A DNA stretch of 64,000 nucleotides from Octopus bimaculoides (GCF_001194135.2 NC_068999.1:4106644-4170643), one strand, 5' to 3'; positions 1 through 11,172 are shown, counted from the first letter of the stretch. Program-made: numbers and translations. Notes: generated by a model not told the origin, from the letters alone.

Positions 1-79
1 TAAAATTCCAACAAAATGTGGACAGTAAAAGGTCAAATAAACGTTTACCTTCGCAGCCGATGTGACAGCACGTCCGTGA

Positions 80-81
80 GA

Positions 82-143
<62 letters not shown>

Positions 144-226
144 GAATAGATAGATAGATAAATAGATAGAGAGAGAAAGAGAGAGAGAGAGACGAACAGA
201 CAGAGACAGACAGACAGACAGAGGAC

Positions 227-265
<39 letters not shown>

Positions 266-270
266 CAGAC
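80..270. repeat. (GATA)n/(GA)n/(GACA)n compound microsatellite
   Basis: Directly visible. Confidence 0.95.
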
Positions 271-704
271 ATATACTATGGGTCTTGTAACACCAAAAGC
301 GCCCTGGTTCTTTGGACAGTACCTTCTGTCAGTACACATAGAACAAAGTAAATGCCAGTTGCCCACCTTCCTTTGTTGGAAGCGCCAATCCAATAATGAC
401 ATCTCTGTTAAGTGTCAAACTGGAATGAGCAGATTAGCTGACATTTTACCATTTTAATCTCATCTTGTCTACATCAGCCATTGAAGCTGTGAACAGGAAG
501 TTACTTCTTTCCCAACTTCCTGTTGCTGAAGAATCTCGGTGTGTCTTTTTGATATTCACATCCAATTTATTCACAACTTCCATCCAACTTCCAGGTCTGG
601 GAATCTTCTTTCTCTCTCTCTCACTCACATACTCTAACTCTCTCCCTCTCTCTCTCACACACATACATACAAATACTTACATATATACATACATGCATAC
701 ATAC

Positions 705-752
<48 letters not shown>

Positions 753-923
753 NNNNNNNNNNACACACACACATATTTATATATATACATACATTATATA
801 TATGTACATATATATATAGATATAGATATATTAGAAAGAGAGAGATAGAGAGAGAGTGCTAGATACATAGAGAGAGAGCTAGAGCTTAGCTATCAGTCTC
901 TTTTTAATCTAATGTCTTTCACA

Positions 924-1048
924 GCATGATGCGTGGCCAAGTGCTTACAGTATTGGCCTCAAGAGCGATAGCTCATGGGTTCAATTTCTAGACCAGGCAA
1001 ACACATTGTGTCCTTGAGCAGGGTACTTCAATTCACATTGCCCCAGTC
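924..1048 (+). mobile_element. Degenerate tRNA-derived SINE head, family C (CORE-like)
   Basis: A/B-box-like head then ccttgagcagggtacttcaattcacattgccccagtc, similar to copies at 15124, 23595, 43586. Confidence 0.6.
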
Positions 1049-2424
1049 TGCTCTTTCTCCCTCTGTCCTTCTCCTCTCCCTCAATCTCTTTTTCCCTCCC
1101 TCCCTTCTCCCTTTTTCTCTCTTCTTCTCCCTCTCCCCCCTCCCTCATCCTCTTTCTCTCCTCTCCCCCTTATCCCTCCCTCTCTCTCCTCTCCCTNNNN
1201 NNNNNNNNNNNNNNNNNNNNNNNNNNNNNNNNNNNNNNNNNNNNNNNNNNNNNNNNNNNNNNNNNNNNNNNNNNNNNNNNNNNNNNNNNNNNNNNNNNNN
1301 NNNNNNNNNNNNNNNNNNNTCTTCTGTCATACTCCATTTTCTTCAGGAAGGCAAACAACAAGCTGAAGGGTGTAGTCCTGAATATACAAACAGACAGGAT
1401 GGTCACAACTGGAGTGTCTGCAATCGTAGGAGCTGCTCCATTAGGATTTAACGCCATTGAACACCCTCTCAGTATCCTACCATACTGTTATACATTGCCA
1501 CTTGACCTGCTAGAAATAACAACCAAATACCTCTGAAACCACATGTACTACAATTTACACCACAACACTACCACGTACGCCACAACCACCGCACTAGACA
1601 TTCCCATCATAACAGTAAAGACAAACTTCCTTCAAATTTAATCCCACTACGACCACCACCAATGAGACAGAACAATACAATCAATGAAATTATCCAATAT
1701 ATTTCTGTTACTCAATATTTTATTCACAGCAGATGGTAGTTTTTTTTCTTCTTCTTTTTCTCTTTCCTTTTCCCTCCTTTTAGTCAGAAATATTTCTTTA
1801 AATGTCATAAAATTGATTAAAATCCACCAAAAAAATTGAGAAACAGCCATGAAAATCAAATAAATGTTATTGTTTTCCAATAATTTCTTGAATATTTCAT
1901 TACAGTCTTAAGCATTTGAGGGAGACACAGTTGTTATTTTTAGCATTTTCAGCAACCATGTTTCAGTGAAGAATTCTTTATTTTACTTGAATCTATCAAG
2001 CTATCTATGAGAATAGACACCAGATATTCAGGAAATGTTACCTGTAGTAGAGTGTTGCCATTATCCCATGAAAATAGGTTCTAGATATTTTTAAACAGGT
2101 ACTAATTAGGTCGAGGGGGAGATGAGAGTAAGGGGCGTTCATCATTTTCTTAATAATAATTATAGCAATTAGAAAAGCAAAATAATTACAAAATGACAAA
2201 AAAAAGAAGCAACAAAATGACCTAATTGGTCCAAGATTTCCAATACTCAATACAATAAGATGACATCATTAGAATTTAATTGATGACATCTGTTTAATTA
2301 TAACTCAACAACAACAATTCTATAAATATATTCAACAGGTATTAAGTTAGCTCTCTCTCTCTGTCACAGTTGGGATAGACTAAAGAGTGACACATCATCA
2401 TCATCATCATCATCATCGTCATCG

Positions 2425-2458
<34 letters not shown>

Positions 2459-2809
2459 TGTTGCTGACAATAACTGCAACAACACCAACAACCACAACAG
2501 CAATCACACATCACAATTCCTCCATTGGTTCTAAAACCTCGACATGATGCCATGTCTAATGGTAACCGTGACAACAATAGAATTAGAAAAAAATATACGG
2601 CTATACAGGTACAACACTGCGATCCTGGACACTGATGGTTTGGCACCTCTTATAATGTGCACTAATTAACCCTGATGGACCCCTATTTCATTTAATTGAT
2701 TAAGGAAATTTAATATTTGTTCAATTTAGAGTGTGTTGACCAAGGTGACCACCCCTGCTTTGGAAGGATCAATGATCTGGAAAGGCTTTGGAAATAGAGA
2801 TTTCAGGAA

Positions 2810-3045
2810 ACTGATGTTGTACCTGTAGTTATAAGCTAACAGTTGCTTGACCTGCTGGAAACAACAGCCAAATCTCCCTTGAATTGTACGTTATTGTCTT
2901 AAATATTGAACAAATGTATTAGATAAGATAGTTTCTAAGTAGTGTTAAATAAGACAGGATGGTCACAACTAGACTGGCTTTGATTATTGGTCTGTTCCAT
3001 CAGGACTGACCAAGGGATACACCACCACTACCACCACCACAACAA
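2810..3045 (+). mobile_element. Dispersed repeat family F (ttgacctgctagaaatagcagccaaatctccctc...caggatggtca); related pieces at ~1498(+), 9780-10080(-), 16390-16540(+), 21430-21625(-), 22530-22610(+), 27640-27810(-), 63645-63870(+)
   Basis: Shared motifs recur at the listed positions in both orientations; class not assigned. Confidence 0.65.
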
Positions 3046-3353
3046 CAACAACAACAACACATAGGATGGTTTTAATTTCAAATCAATGAATTGATATCAG
3101 TTCTTTGTTCTGATCTCGTTATATTTTAGCAATTAGTTGGCAAAGGTTTGTTTAATCAATGAATTAATTGTTGTTATTGTTGTTTGAGGTAGATAGGTTT
3201 CAGTTGGATAGGAATTAATGGCCACTCATACTGATAAATACACACACACACACATGCATACACATGTCCAATATAGAACACTTATATGGTTTAATATGCA
3301 TTCACTACTCATATACATACATACATACCTATCTACGTTATATATACATATCT

Positions 3354-3397
<44 letters not shown>

Positions 3398-3660
3398 NNN
3401 NNNNNNNCACACATACATTCTTAAAAATACACTTATTCACACACACACACACACATTGTATGTGTGTTGAATACAAAGCACACACAGTCTAATAACACTC
3501 ACTCATTATATACATACATATACACACCACAACCTTATACACATACACACACACAGTTATTCTTAAACATACACTGTTGACTCACACAAATTAGGCATGT
3601 GTATGTGTGTGTGTATGTGTGTGTGTGTGTGTATGTGTGTGTGTATGTGTGTGTGTGTGT

Positions 3661-3693
<33 letters not shown>

Positions 3694-4461
3694 ACGTACT
3701 TATTTTGTTTCTGTATATATTTATGTATGCATAAAACTTGTGTATGTGTGTGTGACGATTCATTTCATTTGTGTGTGAATGTGTGTTTTTTCATACTTAT
3801 ATTCATGCAGACTACACACACACACACACACAGAACTTGTATGTGTAAAGGGTTTGTCAGTTTTTTTCAGTCATGCTGTTCAAACAGAGACACAGGTGTT
3901 AATAGGTGTGTGTGTGTGGTGTGTGTGTGTGTGGTGTGTGTGTGGTGTGTGTGAGTGTGCATATGCATGCATGTATGTATGTATGTATGTATGTATGTAT
4001 ATAGATATCTTCTGAAAAAAAAAACGAAGTTCAGGATGCATGATAAAAGCTTGGTTTTAAAATGAAAGAAAATCTATTATTGAAATTTATTTTATTTTTA
4101 TCAATTTCACTGTTGTTGTTGTTGTTTGCTCTGTAGTAAAATGAAAGAACCTTGCTTTGAGAAGCTGTTTGATCTGTTTCAAGTTGATATTTCACAACGT
4201 TTGCAACAATTCTAATCTATAACTGTGATTGATTTTATTGATTATTGACTGTGAAAATGGGACAGATGATAAAGACAACGATGGTAAGGCTGGAACCAAG
4301 AACATCAGATTGGTAACAGTAAAGCCTGGCATCAACGGTTCTATTGACCCAACCATGTTTATTGTTGTTGTTGTTTAGTTCCAGGCTCATCTTGATCTTT
4401 TTTAAAAAAGATCATTCTTAAAAATAATCTCAACTTTATCACTCTTGGTAAACGTTTTAAT

Positions 4462-4844
4462 GCAGGAGTGGCTGTGTGGTAAGCGGCTTGCTTCACAACC
4501 ACATGGTTCCGGGTTCAGACCCACTGCGTGGCACCTTGGGCAAGTGTCTTCTACTATAACCTCAGGCCGACCAAATCCTTGTGAGTGGATTTGGTAGATG
4601 GAAACTGAAAGAAGCCCGTCGTATATATGTATATATGTGTGTGTGTGTTTGTCTCCCCTCCCCCAACATCGCTTGACAGCCAATGCTGTTGTGTTTACAT
4701 CCCTGTAACTTAGCAGTTCGGCAAAAGAGACTGATAGAATAAGTACTAGGGTCACAAAGAATAAGTCCTGGGGTCGATTTGCTCGATTAAAGGCGGTGCT
4801 CCAGCATGGCCGCTGTCAAATGACTGAAACAAGTAAAAGAGTAA
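4462..4844 (+). mobile_element. Full-length tRNA-derived SINE, family A
   Basis: Head ggagtggctgtgtggtaag...ggttccgggttcagacccactg, body ccttgggcaagtgtcttctactata, tail gactgaaacaagtaaaagagtaa; at least nine copies in the window. Confidence 0.9.
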
Positions 4845-5035
4845 CAACAAACAGCTTAGACCATGACGATAACTGAACAATAAACAGCAAGATATGAGTT
4901 ACCTGAAGATATCATTGCCATTTGTAGAACTTTATTGGTGCTTTATTAATAGCCAGGTGAAATATGGGAGGGTTTTCTGCCACCTCCTGCAGAGAGAAAG
5001 GCGATTATTTCTAAAATATATTTCTGTCATTGCAG

Positions 5036-5093
5036 ATAGCCACTCAAGAATTTGCACCATAACGTCACAATAACACCAAAGAACTAAACAAAA
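5036..5093 (+). other. GRIN1: 5' UTR part of the first coding exon of GluN1
   Basis: Acceptor tttctgtcattgcAG ends at 5035. An in-frame TAA at 5085-5087 precedes the ATG at 5094 (aaaATGG context), fixing the start codon. Confidence 0.75.
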
Positions 5094-5501
5094 ATGGCAA
5101 TTCACCGTACAGCTGGTATTTTTTGGTTATTTTACCTCACCCTATTCACCATAACAGCCCTCAGCTTGGAGTCGACGCAACCTATAGACGTATACACGAT
5201 CGGAGGAGTCCTCAGTTCAAGAGAACACCAACAAATTTTCGATGAAGCAATTGAACATGTCAACCAGAAATCTTCAAAATCAAACATCATCTTCAATTCC
5301 ACTTCGATCTTGATGAATGCCAACCCAATACGTTCGGCATTGTCCATCTGTGAGGATCTAATCCCAAATCGTGTCTATGTTGTGATAGCCAGCCATCCTT
5401 ATGACAGTGACCAGTCACCCATATCTGTGTCCTACACTTGTGGTTTCTACAATATTCCTGTCATTGGCATATCTTCCAGAGAAAGTGTTTATTCTGACAA
5501 C
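5094..5501 (+). CDS. GRIN1: GluN1 coding exon 1: signal peptide and start of amino-terminal domain (MAIHRTAG...IPVIGISSRESVYSDN)
   Basis: Hydrophobic signal peptide; motifs SICEDLI and SYTCGFYNIPVIGISSR match GluN1 ATD; donor c|GTAAGT at 5502; 408 nt, phase 0. Confidence 0.96.
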
Positions 5502-5859
5502 GTAAGTATGGTAACGCCAATATCATTTTTGTTCCGTAACACTTTTGATGTCCCTTTTTGCCTTTCTCTCCTAAATTTTCCCTTCTACTCTTTTCTCTTT
5601 CTTCTTTCCTCTCACTTCTCCTCTTCATTTTCACCCCTTTCTGTTTTTATATCTTCCACTTTCTCTCTTTCCCTTTTTCTCAACTTTCTCTCTCTCTCTC
5701 CTTTTTACCCACATCCACCCCTCTATTACCTCCCCTGCAGTCAGTCCTTCCAGCTCCCCACCCTCCACACCGCCACCACAGTCACCTTATAAATTATGCT
5801 AATATTTCCTCATATCAGAAGTGGAACATTGAGCCCTCAGCGACATTTCATACCTGTTT

Positions 5860-6008
5860 ATGTTCTGAGTTCATATTCCACTAAGGTTGACTTTCCCTTT
5901 CATCCTTTTGAGGGGTCAATAAAATAAACACCAGTTGAGCACTGGAGTTGATGTATTCAACTTTCTCCCTCTCTCAAAATTGTTGGCCTTGTGCCTACAT
6001 TTGAGACC
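5860..6008 (+). mobile_element. Partial SINE, family B
   Basis: gttgactttccctttcatccttttgaggggtcaataaaataaacaccag core as in other family-B copies. Confidence 0.75.
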
Positions 6009-6341
6009 AACATTTCCCCATATTTACTCAAAAATCACAACACTATAGCCACACTCTATTAACCCCTATCGCTACTGACCTTTATTAAGTTTACTACAAT
6101 AACAATAACTCCATATAATTTTAATTTGATCTTGGATAGTAAGGGGTGACAACTTCCAACATGTTTCTGCCTTATTCAAACCTCATCAGCAAAATATATT
6201 TACCAGATTAGCAATAAAAGATTCATATTCTTTTCTACTTATGTCCAATATGTCTAAAATAGTCAGTGACATAATAATTTATATGATTTACATTAAATAA
6301 ATTTTTAATGATATATTAATGATTTTAAAATTATTTTCCAG

Positions 6342-6518
6342 AATGTTCACAACTCTTTCATCAGAACAGTACCACCTTATTTCCACCAAGCAGAAATTTG
6401 GATTAAAATTCTTCAGAGTTTCAAATGGACACAAGTGATGTTTATATATAGCAGAGATGAAGATGGGCAAGCAATATTGAGCCATTTTCAAACTTTGGCC
6501 AAGGCTGAAGGAATATCG
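6342..6518 (+). CDS. GRIN1: GluN1 coding exon 2 (NVHNSFIRTVPPYFHQA...AKAEGIS)
   Basis: ttttccAG acceptor, GTAAGT donor; SFIRTVPPY is the GluN1 ATD signature; 177 nt, phase 0/0. Confidence 0.96.
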
Positions 6519-6534
6519 GTAAGTAATTGATACC

Positions 6535-6825
6535 ATCATCATCATCATCATCATCATCGTTTAACATCTACTTTCCATGCTTCCATGGGTTGGACAGTTT
6601 GACTGAGGTATGGAAAGCTAAGGGGCTGCACCAGGCTCCAATCTGATCTGGTAAAGGTTTCTACAGCTGGATGCCCTTCCTAATGCCAACTGCCCTGAGG
6701 GTGTAGTGGGTGCTTTTTACATGCCACTGGCACAAGGGCCAGTCAAGTGGCACTGGCATAGGCCATGCTCAGAAGGTGCTTTTTGCATGCCACTGGCACA
6801 GGCGCCAGTCAGGCGGCAATGGCGA
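6535..6825 (-). mobile_element. SINE-like repeat family E with (TCA)n tail
   Basis: tcatcgtttaac...ttccatgc...ttctacagctggatgcccttcc motif with an internal tandem duplication; further copies near 17705, 18060, 23346, 25797, 28401, 32685, 50228, 60990. Confidence 0.85.
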
Positions 6826-6834
6826 AAATGATTA

Positions 6835-6963
6835 GTACCTGTATTTCAAAGGGCCGGCCTTGTCATACTCTGTGTCACACTGAATCTCCCTGAGAACTAC
6901 GTTAAGGGTACACGTGTCTGTGGAGTACTCAGCCATTTGCATGTTAATTTCATGAGCAAGCTG
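6835..6963 (+). mobile_element. 3' fragment of SINE family D
   Basis: gtgtcacactgaatctccctgagaactacgttaagggtacacgtgtctgtggag matches the reverse complement of 15465-15798 and 50133-50217. Confidence 0.75.
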
Positions 6964-6989
6964 AAATATATCGACAGGTATGTGTGATA

Positions 6990-7028
<39 letters not shown>

Positions 7029-7393
7029 GACAGACAGACTTGCTTGTGCCACTGGAGGTCTGTAATTTGAGATCCTACTGCATATAGGATAAGGACATTA
7101 CAGCTTGCTGAAGTGAAATATAACTAGCATTTGTGATTTTGTTGACAGAATGACCTTGCACACATATACACACATATACACACAAGCAAATAACAATATT
7201 TCTTCTACCATACAATTTCACTTCAAGAATCTAGCAAAAACAAATACAAAAACAACAGACAAATGGACAGACGGGCAGACAAACAAGCAGGCAGGAATGC
7301 GGGCAGAGGTAGACTCACTCACTCAAAGATGTTAGTAAGAATATATAAACTCTGTAATGTTGAGCAGTTAACCTTTCATAATGCAGTTCAGTA

Positions 7394-7610
7394 TTCTTTT
7401 CTACTCTCGGCACAAGGCCCGAAATTNNNNNNNNNNGGGGGCAGGCAATTAAATTGACCCCAGTATGCAACTGGTCCTTAATTTATCAACCCTGAAAGGA
7501 TGAAAGGCCAAGCTGACCTCAGTGGAATTTGAACTCAGAACGTAAAGACAGACGAAATACCGCTAAGCATTTCGCCCAGCACGTTAACGTTTCTGCCAGC
7601 TCGCTGCCTT
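7394..7610 (-). mobile_element. SINE family B (tRNA head, catccttt...gataaattaagtaccag core)
   Basis: Near-complete antisense copy; others at 12861-13055, 13280-13440, 16153-16334, 19044-19257, 34190-34905, 44190-44305. Confidence 0.88.
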
Positions 7611-8198
7611 AAAGCAGTTTAGTATTGTTTAGATAAAATTTTTTAACGCCATTAATGCTTTCACGAAGTCTCCTGTTTCACCAAATTCTTCAGTAACCAA
7701 GAAACATGAACTGTTTAGATGAAACAACTTTTCTCACCACTCTCAGAGATTTCGGCACCATCACTGCTGCAGATGTTTACAGAATGAGTTCACATAAATT
7801 TGGAAATGTTACCTGGGTACCTTCTGGAAGATAAATGATTAAATCACCACTGATAATGGTGTTATCATGTTTGTGTTTTAGTCTAGAAAAATGAGTTCCT
7901 GGCAGTGAAAGGAAATGGGAGATGGTTGGGTCTGGAGATTCTGGAGAGATGGGTGAGGGGGCGGGGGTAGTGTTCTATGGTATGATAGCAGAAGAGGAAG
8001 AGAAGAGAAGGAGAAAGATAGTAATGAGTGGAGGAGAGAGAAGAAGAGGGAAGAAATATATTGAAGAGGTAGAAGAGGAGGAGGAGGAATAAGAAGAATG
8101 TAAGGCTGGTGATGTGAAAGAGAGAGGATAATTAATGTGATAATGATGGTGAAATTGGTTGATGAGTTCTATAAATTCCATAATGAAGTAAAATGTAA

Positions 8199-8534
8199 TC
8201 AGGGCAATGAGGAACCAGAGTATCGAGGTTTGCTGCCAAGTTTGGACTTTGGTGGAATTACAATTATGGTAATTCGGTTTGTCATTGCATTACTTAGCCC
8301 ATCGATAACACTGATGCTGGTGTATTGCTCAGCAAAAGTTAGGGTCTTCAGAAGGAGGGGTTTAGATATGGAAGGGTAGAAGTCGTCAATGTCGAACTGG
8401 ATGAATCTACAGTCTGGTTTATTCTCAATACTGCAGAACCAGTTAACCACAGCGGCACTGGAGTTCCATTGAGTCAACCCTGTAGCTTTTCTGATATCAG
8501 AGTTGATAGTCACATTCTTGACTGTAAATATCAT
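8199..8534 (-). mobile_element. Penelope-like retroelement reverse-transcriptase fragment
   Basis: INSDIRKATGLTQW...WFCSIENKPDCRFIQFDIDDFYPSIS...L.FA.QYT; the F-D-I-x-x-F-Y-P-S-I RT motif in this context is typical of PLE RTs. Truncated. Confidence 0.8.
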
Positions 8535-8950
8535 AAGATAAAGTTGCTATCTTTATCTTATGATATTTACTTTGTTTTATATGATACTCATTTATTGTGC
8601 TTTTAATTATTAATTTTTCTATATGTGATAGTGGATTTTCATCGATGAGTTCTTGAAACTTGGTTCTTTTCCCTAAAACTATATATATTTTTATATATTA
8701 TAATTTATAATGCTCAATTTAATTTTAATTTTTTATAAATTGATTTTAATTGAGTTTTTACCTGTAATTTTGGATTTTGTCCATAATATTATTATATATA
8801 TATAAATCGACTACATCCTCGCCAGAAATAGGGAAAGAGGGCGGCTTATAAATGCCAAAACCTACCCTGGCGAAGAATGTACCCCACAACATAGATTAGN
8901 NNNNNNNNNNNNNNNNNAATCATTTGTTTTACCATTCTTTCTTTTTTTAG

Positions 8951-9051
8951 ATTGAGAAAACCATTCGGATCTTTCCCGGAGTGGAAAACTACACAGATTC
9001 TCTGGTATCTCTGAAAGCCTTGCAATCTCGAGTGATATTACTGTATGCTTT
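8951..9051 (+). CDS. GRIN1: GluN1 coding exon 3 (IEKTIRIFPG...QSRVILLYA)
   Basis: ctttttttAG acceptor, GTAAGT donor; QSRVILLYA motif; 101 nt, phase 0/2. Confidence 0.93.
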
Positions 9052-9251
9052 GTAAGTATCAGATATCTAAACATATCACATACAAGACTGTTGGTGTTCT
9101 CTTGAACTGAGGACTCCTCCGATATTGTATACGTCCATGGGGTTTTTTTGGTGGGGTGGGGTTTGCTCTGAAATAATTTTACATTAATCTGATGGATTAC
9201 TCAATACTTTTGTGAGTACAAATTTATTATTCTTAGACAAGAATTTTGTCG

Positions 9252-9296
9252 ACAGTGACTTCAAAGTTTCGACCAGTCAAGCCATCATCAGACTGT
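9252..9296 (-). ncRNA. Minimal type-I hammerhead ribozyme motif with intact core
   Basis: Minus strand: ACAGU-CUGAUGA-U-GGCU(UGACU)GGUC-GAA-ACUU(UG)AAGU-C-ACUGU. Stem I has 5 WC pairs, stem II has 4 pairs (2 G-U), stem III has 4 pairs; GUC cleavage triplet. Confidence 0.75.
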
Positions 9297-9437
9297 ATAT
9301 ATAATTGTCTTCAAAGCAGTTTTTATTAACCTCACCAATTTCCTTCGATTCTTTTACTCATTTTCCCTTTGATGTTTTTCTTCAGGAACCTGTAATAATG
9401 ATTTATTTCTACAAAATGGTTTCCTCTGTACTTCCAG

Positions 9438-9550
9438 AAAAGAAGATTCTGAGCGGATATTTACCGATGCTGGAGATCTAGAACTAACATCAACTGGCTA
9501 TGCTTGGCTAGTGACAGAACAGTCATTACAAGCTTCAAATATTCCTGTAG
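9438..9550 (+). CDS. GRIN1: GluN1 coding exon 4 (KEDSERIF...GYAWLVTEQ...IPV)
   Basis: cttccAG acceptor, GTAAGT donor; GYAWLVTEQ motif; 113 nt, phase 2/1. Confidence 0.95.
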
Positions 9551-10238
9551 GTAAGTGACGCGCTTGACTTGAATATCTCTTAAAACATGTGGGCAACATG
9601 GAGAGAACATGTGGATATGGTTATTATTTTCTGTCTGGTCAACTCCGTCTATGATTACAGCCGCTCCGAATGTGACCATCCCATCAAATATACTTGCTGG
9701 TAACTGAGTCACACACATCTTTGATATCTTTTATATGGAAAACATGTTTGGATGGTTGCTGTTTAGTGATAAAAGGGGTTCCAACTGTGGCCATCCTGTC
9801 TGTTATTCAGACATTATATCTCAAACTTGATTATCCAATGTGTCCTTCCAATTTCTTTTTTATGAGTGTGATTTGAGGGAGACATAGCAGCTACTGCTAC
9901 CAGGTCAAGCTTGTATATCTACTCTATAATATATCTAGCTGTTCTTTAACCCTAGGTCAGCTATGATCCAGCAGGCTTGTGATCAGAGGTCTTCTAACCA
10001 TGACCTTTTTGTCTTGTATTTAGACATGGTGTATCTAGGACTACAATATCCAATGTGTCTTTCATGTGGCTGAAATATATATCTCCATTCCTATCACTAC
10101 CACGATGACTGCCACCTATCATCACAATTTGTTTCACTCTTCTCCCTTTTTATCACTACCACCACCACCACCACCACCACCACTGCTCTACCTCCATCAC
10201 CACCATCCTTATCACCTTCATATTTTTCCCTGTTCCAG

Positions 10239-10413
10239 GTACATTAGGTACTCAATTAATTAATGGCACTAACGAAGCAGCACATATCCAAGACAGTATT
10301 TCATTAATTTCACAAGCATTCATTCGTCTTCGTAAAGAGATGAACATCTCAGAAGCCCTCAGCCAATGCAATGAAATGAATATGCCATGGTATGAAGGGA
10401 AGACCATTCTACA
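10239..10413 (+). CDS. GRIN1: GluN1 coding exon 5 (GTLGTQLINGTNEAAHIQDS...GKTIL)
   Basis: ttccAG acceptor, GTGAGT donor; HIQDS motif and conserved ATD Cys (SQCNE); 175 nt, phase 1/2. Confidence 0.94.
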
Positions 10414-10599
10414 GTGAGTACCGGAACCTTCTTTCCTCTTTCTCTTGTTGTTGTTGTTGTTGCTTAAGCCATCTCTGTGAATATATCTTTTTTAATTCCT
10501 TCAAAACTGAAGATTCCATTACTACTCAAAGCTTCTACAATTTAATCCTTTTGACAACAAAACAATATTTCTCTCTCTCTCTCTCTTTATATATATATA

Positions 10600-10895
10600 C
10601 TGTAAATCCTTGAGTATAATCTGCCCTTGAGTATAATACGCAGGGGATTTTTAGGGGGCTGTACCTCTGAAAAGCCTAAACCTTGTGTATAATACGCACC
10701 CCTACTCTAACTTGAGTCAAGGAGGTCTATATAGCGTCTTTGGTTTGTAAACGTATATACGGTAACGTCCTTTATAAACAGTAATAACGTCGGTAAAAAA
10801 TAAATATTAAGTAAATTGCCTTTACATATTTATCACTTAGAAAATTTTGCTCAGAAAATATTTTTCATTTTTAACCTCGTATATAGTACGCACTA
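10600..10895 (+). mobile_element. Left end of a Tc1/mariner (Tc2/pogo-type) non-autonomous DNA transposon
   Basis: TA followed by ctgtaaatccttgagtataat, with subterminal gtataatacgca-type repeats near 10631, 10687 and 10879; right TIR not seen. Confidence 0.6.
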
Positions 10896-10932
10896 GAAAT
10901 TTTGACCAGCTGTTCATGTATTTACTATACTA

Positions 10933-10972
<40 letters not shown>

Positions 10973-11027
10973 ATGTCTGCTGATGTATATGACTGAATAT
11001 TGGACATTTCTGCTTGCTGTCTTGTAG

Positions 11028-11172
11028 ATACCTAAAAACTGGTTACCTTGAAGATGGTGTCACAGGACAAGTGAGTTTTAATCTGGATGGTGACAGAAAA
11101 AATCCAGTCTACAACATTATGAATGTACAACAAACAAGGACAGTGGCTGTTGGTATTTATGGCAGTATAAAG
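11028..11172 (+). CDS. GRIN1: GluN1 coding exon 6 (YLKTG...GVTGQVSFNLDGDR...GIYGSIK)
   Basis: cttgtAG acceptor, GTCAGT donor; TGQVSFNLDGDR motif; 145 nt, phase 2/0. Confidence 0.95.

Noticed and set aside
300-620. Minus-strand peptides LALPTKEGGQL and NKLDVNIKK, reminiscent of R4/Dong RT (LYLPRKEGGRGL)
   Set aside because: Multiple stops and frameshifts; too decayed to call without a search.
4462-4540. tRNA-like A/B boxes in SINE heads
   Set aside because: They do not fold into complete cloverleaves and are followed by SINE bodies; not tRNA genes.
5502-5792. Extension of the exon-1 ORF to 232 aa
   Set aside because: A strong GTAAGT donor at 5502 and homology resuming at 6342; the extension is CT-rich low complexity.
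8813-8880. Imperfect 13-bp inverted repeat (acatcctcgccag / ctggcgaagaatgt)
   Set aside because: No target-site duplication, no second copy, and adjacent to a gap.
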